A DNA stretch of 53,554 nt from a virus (Duplodnaviria; Caudoviricetes). Both the position numbers and the translations under genes were made by a program. Shown in pieces: positions 25,901 to 37,900 of this stretch (the stretch's first letter is position 1; every line of letters starts with the position of its first letter). The DNA lies in IMG/VR virus record IMGVR_UViG_3300023105_000044, positions 1-53,554 of that record; one strand, 5' to 3'. Under the pieces are notes generated by a model that did no database searches, was not told the origin of the DNA, and saw only the letters and a list, made by a program, of their open reading frames with translations.

Positions 25901-28900
25901 ATAAAATAATCTAATTCTGTCAGCAGCAGTAAGCATACTAATGTCTTTATTATATTGTACAGTTATAGTAACACCGTTAAGAGCTGCTTGTTCTAGTATA
26001 ATAGTACCTTTTGCATGTATGTGTGTTTTATCGTTTGAGAAAACGTTTATATTTTTGTAAGTATATTCGCTACTTAATGCTTCAGTACCATTAAAGAATA
26101 CTTTAACATTTGCTCTAGTAAGATCCATAGGGTATTTTAGTCTTAACACAAGCTCAGTACCACTGCTTACAAATGATTCAGTTTCTTCTAACACAAAAAT
26201 TTCATAATTAGGAGAAACCCTATCAAACTTTTGTTGTAAAGTTAAACTTCTTACTTTTTTATTACCAAGTACTACCGAAACTTTAGGAAGTGAGCCGCCG
26301 TCGGCTACAGTACCAATTACAGTTATATTTGGAACACTAGTGTATCCTGTGCCAGGACTTGTTACTACAATAGACTGAATACTACCACTACCAACATACG
26401 CTGTTGCTTTGGCTCCTGATCCGCCACCTCCACTAATTACTATTTGAGGTGCTTCAACATAACCTGATCCGCCGTCTTCAATTATAATTTCTTGCACCGA
26501 ATATGTAAAGTTATCAATCCAGTGTTTTTGTGGATAAACAGTAACATCAAAGTTTATTCCTGATAACACACCGTTATTAATTTGTACTTGTGGAGAAACA
26601 ATTTCTCCAATTTCTGGATCATAGAACGGAGATAGTTCAAAATCTGTTATTACACTTTGAGTGTTGTCAGTTTTGTCGTATGCTGACAAATATTCTCTAA
26701 TTTTAGTCTTGTAAGGTTTAACTTCTTCAATATATGCTTCAAAGCTAGGTAAACTATCATTGTTAAATGTTGTTTTCTCAATAAGCTCTCCAACGTTGTG
26801 TTTTGCTTTAATAAAACTGGTTTTAAATGCCCAATCTACATAGTTTTGTTCAGTATGTACATAGCGTAAACTTGCAAAGAATAACTGATTATATTCAGAA
26901 GCTAGTTCGTCAACAAACAAGTCATCTCTTATAGTTTCAAGTATCTTTCTAAGTTCTGTATCGCCGCCTTCTTGAGTATACAGTGTAGGTAAAAACTCTA
27001 TTGTGCCTCTTTGTCTACCAACAGTTCTATATCCCGAAGTGTAATCAGGAGTATCAACGTTAACAATTTTTTCAAGTAAAATCCATCCACCTTCGCCAAC
27101 ATTTGATATTTTAACAATATCACCAATACTATCATTAATAATGTTTAACTGGTAATAGTCATCTATTAAGAAATCAACAGATGTAAGTTCAGAATAGCCA
27201 TCTTCGTACCAATCTTTATACTGCCAATATTGCGAAACATTATAATATTGCTGACGAACTATATTCCAAGTTCTTGTAGTGCTATTCCAAGCATACAATG
27301 ACCAGGCACCGCCTATAGTACTATCCGCTCTTACAAGCGCAGTAAGAGGTCTTATAGTAAGCGTTATATCATTAGTGTAGTTTGACCCGCCATTTACAAT
27401 AGTAACGCTTGTAATCATGCCTAAATTGTTTAATACTGGTACTAGCTCTAAACCTTCTCCAGTTCCAGTTATTTCAATCTTAGGTGGATATTTGTATCCT
27501 CTACCTCTATTAATAACATCTATCTTAGTCACAACTCCGTCAACAACAGTTGCTTGTATTTGTGCTTGTTCTGCACGTACTGTACCAATAAATCTTAATT
27601 CTTCATCAGTGTCAACAGCAGTGTCATATAATCCTGTTAATGTTGATGGTGCTTTTTCTGCATCAAATAGCTTTGCAAGATTTAAATTATCTGTAGCTAA
27701 CTCTTTTGCTAATACTCTATTAACTCTTTCAATAAACTGCTTTAGTGCTTCCTGTCTATCAACAAACCAACTTTGTCTTGGTCTATTCATATTTCCATAT
27801 TTTTGCTTTACACTTAATGCAGGATCTGGAACAGGTCTATGGAATTTATCTGATCCTATTAAACTATCAAACCATTTATCTTCTATTACTTTCTTAGGAC
27901 GGCTTGTTTCAAATCCGTCTGTAATAATTTGATATTCTGTATGGATGTTATTATCTTGATTATCTATAGTCCAATAACGGAAATTTATTGCAACGTCTTT
28001 GTCTTTTAAATAACCGTTAGAATTATAAAGAACAAATTTATTATCGCCTAAAATAGTAACAAATTTTAATTGCTGTCCTTGAGGATCTAATATAATATTC
28101 TGTACATCAAATCCAGTTTTTGATCTTCCTTCTACTTGTGGTAGTATTGTGGTTCCTTTTGCCCAAAAATAATATTTTACTACAAATGATTGCGAGATAG
28201 AATCGTATATGTCTTTTACAACATATCTAGTATCTCCGTATTTAGAAACACCACTTATTCCTAAAGCAATACCTCTATTTGTACCGGCTAAGTTATCCCA
28301 AGCCGAAGGAAGAATATTTGATTCAACCCATTCGTAAATATCTACTGACGAACCTTCAGCAAATGTATTCCAATGATTTTGTGCATAAGTTATACTACCT
28401 TGATGATAATCAACATACTTAACTGTACTTAAATCCCACCATAGTTTACCAACATGTTCACTGCCCCAAGAAACATATTGTTCTTTATCATGTGCATATC
28501 CTATATTATAAGATGCTGGGTCATAGTAAGTTTTATAAGATAGTTCTTGTTCTGCTAATCCGGGAATTTTTCCTTGTATTGGATCTAATATGTCAAGCCT
28601 AGTGAGCATTTTGTTTTCACTAGTGTCATATAAGAAACTTCCTCTAAATTTTGAAATATCAGCTGGATCAACTGGCTCTCTAAATACTTCCCAAATTTTA
28701 CTTTCATTAAACTTATTGTAAACTGCTACTTTTCCAACTAGGTTATCTTGTACCAAACTTCCTGGCAAACCTACTAAAATTGAATTGTTTTTAACAACTA
28801 TATTCTTACCAAAATCTTTAACTCTGAAGTCAGGATATTTTAAACGTTGTCCAAATACTAGAGTATCATTTACATTTTCATACAAGTAAACTATACCACT

Positions 28901-31900
28901 ATCGTTTAGTTTTTTAACATATGTAGTAAATCCATTGTCAAATGTAGTTTCTCCAATTGACAAATTACTATTAGGATTATTTACAAACTTACTATTAAAC
29001 TCTGTTAAAGAATTTGTATTTCTTTCTGAATACCTATCAAATGTTGTATCGAGTATAATATCACTTGCTTCTCCTGCTACTATTAATTGGTTGCCGTCAA
29101 AACTTAAATTAAGTCCAAAGCCTTCAACTAGCTCTGCATTAGGACTGTGTAAAGTTTGCTGTAGTTGATATACTCCGGAAACATTTTTATAAACAAATAC
29201 TTTTCCTTGGAATGCTTCATTATCATCTGATTTATATGCTCCAACAACAATCAAGTTACCATTATCAGAAACTGCAATACTATCACCAAAATTCTTTGAA
29301 TCTGCCGGGGCATCAAACTCCGCTGCAAATTCAAAATGCATATCTTTTAGTCTATAAATTATTAACTTATCGCCAGTTTCATATCTTGCAATAGTTGCTA
29401 GTACTCTGCCATTATCACTTATATCAAATTGATCGCCAAATGCTGTTGTATCTAAATTTGAAATACTAGAATCGTCACCAATAATAGTAATTCCTGAAGT
29501 ATTAGGCAAATAGCCAACATAGTCTATATGATCTCCTAACACTCTCCATTTAGTACTATCAAACTCTTCAGCTTGCATTGTTGTTAATGCTTTATAAAAT
29601 ACTTCATTATAGATAACAATTTGATCTTGATAATAAGAGCTTGTATTAGAATAAACACCTTTGAAGTTTGGATCTCTTCCTAGTGACCAATTAAATGTTC
29701 CATAGTCGCTTGTTCCATTAAGAACAAAATATAATCTACCTCTACCATCTGCACTAACTTCTTGTTTTGTATCGTTAGTATGTGTTTCATTAGAATTGAT
29801 AATAATTTTATAAAAATTATTGTTTTGAATAATTTTAACATGTCTAGCAAGGAATCTGTTAGATTCTCTGTTAGGTAAAATATAACCATTTACTAAATCA
29901 TAATTGTATGTTTCTGTATTGTATTCGTAAACAAAGTATGCACCTTCATTAACAAAAGAGCTTGCATTTCTTTGCACATTAATTGGAATATTATCAACTT
30001 CAAACCAGTCATTATTTTCTGTACTTGGTTCAATAGCATTACGTGGAAGTCCTGGTTTACGCTCTTCAACCCAAGTATGATATTCTATTCCAGAAATAAA
30101 TTTAACTTCATAATCTGCAATTTCGTCTGAAGTAGATGTAATAGCATATGTCAGTGTAGGTGGAATTTCTCTAGGTATAGGAGTTCCATTTTCATCAAAT
30201 TGACCAAATACTGCTAGTTTACCTATATCGTCGTCGGCAAGTTGTCTTGATTCAGTTGTACCAAATCTAGAAAGTTGTACTCCGACTTGCTTGTACAAGA
30301 ACATAGACGTCGGTGCTAACCCCGGGAAGTATCTATCACCAAAACTAAATGTACCTGATACATTTTTAACATACACTCTTCCCTTGTCAAGATCTCTTTG
30401 AACATATGCAACTTCTGCTGTTGCTCCAGAAATGCCTTCTCTAATAACATCACCAGGCACTAAAGGAATTTCAGCAAATACATCATAATCAATGTATCCA
30501 TCCCATAAATCTAAAGGAACTCTTGTTTCGTTTATAATACTGTAAGGATCTGTCCCAAAACCTCTATCCGATAAGTCTGGCAATGTTCCGTCAACACCGG
30601 GTATATCGTTTAACCAAACACCAACATAAGGATCTGGTTTTGTTGCATCAGAAAACGCAGTTGTTGCTTTGTCAGAAACATTTTTAGGCAATCTAACTAC
30701 CCAACGATGATCTAATACATCTATTTCTGTAACACTGCCGCCAACGCCTTGACTTTTATGACTTAGTACACGTATTAAGTCTGTTTCTTTTTGGAACGGT
30801 AGACCTGTAGCAGCAATAATTGTAACTGGAACATCTAAGGCATTTTGAATAGTGCTCTTATAAGGTAATCTAGCTGTACTTTCGGTATATCCGTTAACTA
30901 AATCAGTTGCACTATTATTTTTAACATCAACTAACACTAGACCATCAGCAGGTTCAATTAGTGGTGCATCAACTATTTGATAATCTTTAGGTGTAATAGG
31001 TGTAGGTAACGCTATTTCCCAATACCCGCCTAAGACTGAACTTCTATCTACACTATCATGCAATGGTCTAGTATAGGTTCCAATTCGGAATTGGTCATTA
31101 ATAAACAATTCTCCAGTTTCACTGAAAATACCGTTTTTATTGTTAGCATAGATAATTAATCTTCCTAATTCGTTGCGGACATAAACTACATCAGCATTAC
31201 CTGTTGTTGTAGTAACTCTATCTCCTTGTGATACACTAGGAATGTTTATAGGATCAACAACATAAAATACATCTGTAATTTTTCTTCTAACTGTATGAAC
31301 AGTTGTTGTTAAGAAAGATTTGTTTATTACATCAGAATAAAGATCATCAAAAATCTTATTAATTTTTCTTATGTATCCGTTAAATCTAGTTGGATCTGAA
31401 GAACCAGTAAATAATCCAGATGTTGGATTACCGTTAACTCTATTAGTAAGCTCTTCATTATTATAAAGTTCAACTAACTGACTAGTTATAACTTTAACAT
31501 AATATCGTTTGTTTTCAAATCCTTTAACACCGTATTGTCTTATAGTATCATAAGGAACGTTTACATCACTATTGTCAAATAGGTCATTACCTGTAAATGG
31601 TCTAAATAAGAATCCGTCATTTGGGAAATCAGTAAATATTACTTCGTCACCATCTGAAAATCCATGATCAGTTGCTGTTGTAATTTCTACAGGATTTGCC
31701 AAATTAATATTTGTTATAGCAACTTCCGATATAGGATTGTAATTGTAACTAATATCGTTCCAATCAAAGTATACGCTATCACCTACATTACTACCTTCAA
31801 ACGCAGCAGCCGGTGCTCTAACTAATATATGATCGATTGAAACATCTCTTAGCGGAGAGTCTCCTAATGCAATTAAAGGTACATCGTCATAGGAGTTATA

Positions 31901-34900
31901 GATTTTATGTAATTCTGATCTCCAACTACTAGCACTACCAAATGTACCAAAAACAACATTATCGGATCTACCTCTAACTGTTCTTCTTGATTTAAACAAA
32001 TTACCTTTATGTTGTACAATAGCACCTAATTTATAATCTGTATTAAAGTTAAATTCTTCTTTATATGCTGTTTTTACATTGCTTGCATTTGGAGCTCCAA
32101 CAACTAAGAACTTACCATCAGGACTTATAGAAACCGATTCTCCAAACTTACTTCCGCCTGACGAAAAGTTTAGTGTTGGTTCTATAACTTGTTTAAATTG
32201 TAGTGTTCCGTGAGCTGTGCTGCCGTCTTGCACTCTTTCATATATAAAGACTTTTCCATCTCCATCTTCAGGAGAACCTACTGCAACTAAAGTATTATCA
32301 TCATTAGTAAATATACTTTTACCAAATGAGTAATTTGAATTTGTAGGATTTATTAAATCTTCGTCAAAGTTAAATGAGTTACCTGCTTTAAGTACTGCCC
32401 ATTTTCCATTACCGTCAGTTGTTTGGCTATCAACCCATAGTAACTCGTTAAACCCTATGTCGTTTTCTGCATATGAATTTGCTTCTTCAAGATTTGCTAC
32501 TCTGTTAGAAACAAACGTTGTTAGGATTCCTGTGAGTTCTGTTAGTTCATTGCTTAGTGTTACATCTTCAGGTAGTTCAATAGTTATTCTGTTCAGTGCA
32601 ACTTCTGTTACTTTAAACAGTCCGTTAATTTCTTCTCCAGTTTCATATAAACCTATAATATCTCCAACTTTAACAGAAGTTAATCTGTCTAAAACAACAA
32701 CTACAGATGTGCTACTTTCTGTACTAATAAGAGATGTAACTCTGCAAGGAGTGTCAACATATCTATAAACATTCCAAGAATCTTTTTCAAATGTTACCCA
32801 GATATAATCACCTTCAGTTAACACTGTATGATCCAAAGTTAATATATCATCAAATGTTTTCACTGTATATTGAACATCATCTTCTCTAACAAATCCAGCT
32901 GTTTTTAAAGGAGTATCCGGTGTATATCTTACTGGGAAAGGATTGCTTGTATAATTAACAGGCGAAACGTAAATATCACTTGGAGTTTGTCTATAAATTA
33001 AATCTGTAACATCCTCTGGAATAGTATTAGTTAGTAGAATTGGTTGCGGACTTAATCTAAACTTTTCTTCGTCTAACAAAAATTCAATTTCATCAAATCC
33101 GTCAGCTGCTCCATATTGGCCTACTCTAACAGCCCATTCTTCATAAAACTCTAAACTTTCCTTATCGGCTGCGCCAAGTGCGTCAAACAATTTAGTTAAT
33201 ACATTACGAGTGCCTTTATCAGCAATCATTCCTTGATAGAACTTGTATTGACTAACATCGTCGTTAATAATATTTGCTAGATAATCTCTTTTTTGGTAAC
33301 CAATTAAATGTTGTGCAATTTCTTGTTGGTTAATATCAAAGTTATCAGTATCTAAATCATAAAAATCAGCAAATTGATTAGTTTTATATTCAATGTTAGA
33401 AATAAGTCTGCTTTCTGGTTTTTCGTCTAGTCTATACCATTGGCTATTAACAAATGTTTCACTACCTGTAATTTTAGTAGTAGCAGTATAATAAAACTCT
33501 TTATACTTAACAGTTTCGCCAATTGCATAATCTTTCCAAGATTGCCATTCTGTTACTGTAGCATTATCATATAAAAATCCTGGAATGTTATATCCGCCTG
33601 CCCAGTCAGCAGTTCTGTAACCTAGTACACGAATACGCTCTTGTCTATATCCTGGTGCTAAATCATATATAACATCTTTAAATACTGTTTCATTATCAAG
33701 TACAATAGCATGTTCTTTTTGAACTAATGGTAATTTTACAGCATATATTCCGTCTGCTGTATTTTTTGTAGTAAGAACAAAACTATTATCATTGGTTCTT
33801 AAAATATTACAAAATTCTTTTCTTAGTTTTGTGCCGTCTGCTTTTACTAACCCGTAATCATAAAAAGTATCAAATATATCGTCTACTACTGCATACTCTG
33901 ATTTAAATTCAATTCGCTGTGCACCTGGACTAAGAGTTATTAATGCTCCACTATCCCAGGCTTGAGTTGTCCAGAACATAAATTCTTTTGCACTTAATTT
34001 CCAGTTTTCAATAGTTTCTAAATTAGGATTATGATTGTTAAAAACAAATCCTGAATCAATTAAGTATTCACTATATCCTAGTATAAAGTCAACAACTTCC
34101 TGTGTAGTTCTTAATAATGTTCCGTATGGTAACTCTTGTGGAAATACTTTATCAAACTTAGTTCTAAATATAGCAGATCTGCCGCCTTCGGTTGGCAATG
34201 AAGGAAGTTTTGAAAACTTAGTTTGGTCAAATATGCTGGTACTAGTGTGTGCTGTAGTACATCTATAATAAGTTACTTCAAACTTTACAATAGTATCTAC
34301 AACATAACGTTTATTTTGATCCCATTCTACGAATCCTGCACTTACTCCTCCTACATTAACTAGAGGATCTTTTTCATTTTCTTGATGTTTATAATATCTA
34401 AAAGACGGACTAGGTATATCATACCCTCTAATAATATATCCACTAGTTGCTTTTTCAATTACAACACCACTATATGTAACAACATCAATAGGACTACTTG
34501 TTTGCAATGTTACTTGATAGTTTTCTGGCGGTATGAAAACGTTTCCTTGGTTTAAAGGAGTTCTACTATCAAGTATTAGATTAAATTTAGTTTTGTCTGT
34601 AAAACCGCCAACCTTAAATGCTATCTGATTAGTTACACTTTTAAGATTTGTTTGATAATCTTCATAATTAGATAAAACATTACTCGATAGATAATTTGCA
34701 ATAAAATTAACAAATCCCGAAGTATATATTCTATTTGTATCATCAGACACTGTCGAGTTATTAGGGAATTTTAAATCTTCTAAGGTTATTCTTTTTTGTG
34801 TATCACTATATACTAGTTGATTAGCATTATTACGTGTTATTCTTAATCTATCAAAACCTAAACCAATTATTTTTGTTGGTTGGTTTAGTATCCATGATTT

Positions 34901-37900
34901 CATTAATGCAAATGGATATTCTGAACTTTTTCTCCAGGCTGTTTCAACTGGTGCTTCGTCGCCAAAAACAAACGTAGCTTTTGAAAGTGCTGCAACAAAG
35001 TTTTTAGCGTAACCACTATCTAATGGACTTAATAAATTTCCACCAGTATCTACAGGAATATGATTTATTAAACCAGGACGCTTATATTGATCTTTAATAA
35101 TTTTTGATACCCCTGGTTGGGCAATTATACCTTTTTCTAAATCTTCCCATAATAACAAGTTGTTACTAGTATACGGAGCTGGACCATAAACTTCTTCCCA
35201 CCACGAAGGCTTAATAGTTAAACCTAACATTTCCCAAGGATGTGTATGTGGTCTATCAGTGTCGTATGCTTGTTTATAAACAGATCTCCAATAGCCAGGT
35301 AAACTTGTTCCGTTAGGAGATTTCATTGAGCTGTAGTTATATGTAAATCTATTATCTCTTTGATAAAAACTAAAATCAGTATAATCAACATCATCAATAT
35401 TTGTTAACCAAGAAGCAAAGTCTTTTAAAAGAACGTTATCGATACTGTCTTTTAAAATATTTGTATCTCTATATTCACCACCTACAAATGTATGAATATC
35501 AAGTATACTAGGATCGTAAGAGACTTTTAAGTTATTAAAAATTCTTTTTTCAAGTTCAAGCAATAGATCATCTCTAAAATCGCCAAATGCTTTTACTATT
35601 GATCCGTCGTGTCCTTGTATTACTTCAGTTGGTTCTAGGTATGTGTTATCTATAAACTTTGTAGGAATAAATTTAGGATACAACCCTAATTTTGTAGGAG
35701 TAGGCGGAACATAAGATCCGTCTGTAGTTTCATACTCGTAAATTGTAATCTTTTGTCCTGCTACAGTTTCTGCCGTTATTTCACAAAATCCATCAGCATT
35801 AAAAGTATAGTCTCTTCCATAAATTAATTGAATATCGTCTAGATATACAGTTACCGCTTTAACGCCCGGTTGTGTATTATCAAATACTTCGTTTAGAGCA
35901 TAATAAATGTTTCCTGGAATGGCATCGTATTCGGTTACTCTAGATCCGCCTATTGGAATCATATCGGAAAAATAAAACGGAAGCGTTGTAGTTTTATTTT
36001 GGTTTATTTCTTTAAAAATTAAATCAACGTGTGCTTTTGGAGATCCGTCAAACCCCAAACCAAGTGCTGTTTGTAAAAATAATCTTTTAAACTTTGCATA
36101 CTCTCGTCTGTTAAAATCAACTGCTTTAATTATATTTGCATTTTTATCTGTAATATGATATAGTGATAGATTTACTAGTCCCGTGTGCTGTACAAATTTT
36201 CTACCATAACTTGAAAGATTGCCTATATCTCTTAAATTGCCGGCACCTGGGTGAACGCCGTAAAACTCTTCGGCTTCTTGTACAATTGAAGTAACATGAT
36301 CGTTTACTTCACCTAATGTAAATTCTACAATATCACTATTAAGCGGATTTCTTTCTGCATTTAAAGGTAATTCGTATACACCATTCTCGTTCTTTGTTAC
36401 AGCAGATCTACAATATAAAACAACAATGTCGTTAGCTGACAGAGGTTGAGTAAACTCAACTACAGCATTGGATCCAGTTTTGTCAATGGTAAAATCAATA
36501 TTTTCAAATTTTAAATCATTATTAATAGTGACTCGAATTGTTAAAAAATCTACTGTAGAACTATTGTCATAAACATCTACTGTAAATCTTGTTTGATTTT
36601 CTTCTGCTACATACTGTCTTAAAACTCGTTGAGCACTTTCTGTGTTTGCTTTAATCCAACCATTCTGAACTTCGTACTCAGTTCTTGATTTATACTTAAA
36701 AACAGAACTAGCATCTGTACGAATAGTTTCTGATAACAAAGAATCATTTGTAAATGTAATATCTTGGTTTACAAGATCAAAGTCAAATACTACATCACCA
36801 ATATTTTCAATACTTCTATATGATAATGGAAAACCTAATTGACTATCGTTAGTGCCTGTGCCTTCTCTATAAGAAAATATTTTATTTCCAGTAAAATCAC
36901 TATTTGGATACACAGAAGTATCACTATAACTAAAACCGTTATTGTCAAATAAATCAAACAATGGTGGTTGATTTATTTTTGTTTTTTCTTGTGTTAGGTG
37001 CCACTTAGTTCCATCATAGTAGAACATACGACCTTGATACTCTACTCCATTAAGAGATAGTACTGTTTCATTTTCTAACGGTTCTGAATCTTCTTCTGCA
37101 ATTAAACTAATCTGTCTAATGCCTCGTTGAGTAATAAATTTTACTTTATATATTTTTCCAGATTCTCTAATATCTTCTTCAGCAACAAATAGAACTCTCA
37201 TTCCGTCTACTAAATCTATTCCGTCAATGTTGTATCCTTGAGAACCTTCAATAGTTGAAAAAATATCTTTTGTAAATGTATCTATCAAGTCAACGTTAGT
37301 CTTGTTTTTAGATCCAAAGTTAAACAACTTTGTGCCGGCTTGGAATTCAATAATTGGTCTTGTTGCACGTTGAGATTGATCTGCACTAATTGTTTGTCCA
37401 TTAATCAATGCTGATTGTTCAACAACATCTTTATGGAACCAGCGATTATATCTAGACCACATGTTTCCATCTTTACTTGCACGATTTATTAGGATGTAAT
37501 CTGGAACACCTGGATATCCACTTGCTGTCTCAAATGGTAATCTATCAAACTCATTAGTATCAAACGGTATTTCTCTATTTTCAGCATAAGGTCCAGGAAT
37601 TTCAAGATCAGTTTCTTTTATAAGTTGTATCTTTTCTCCAACACCTTCAACATACCAATCGCCTTCGCTGTAAATCTCTGGAGTTACTAATCCTACAAAT
37701 CTTATTTTCATTCCGTTAGAAAATTGTATTCCGGATGCCGTTTTATATTTTGTTTTTCCTAAAATTTCTTTTTCAACATTGATTTCTGTATTTTCTTCAA
37801 TGTCTTTAATTTGAATTAATCCACTATTGTTAATATTATTATCTGCAATATAATATAATGCTTCTGGAGCATTTGGATCTACTTCAAATGTAATAGTTCC

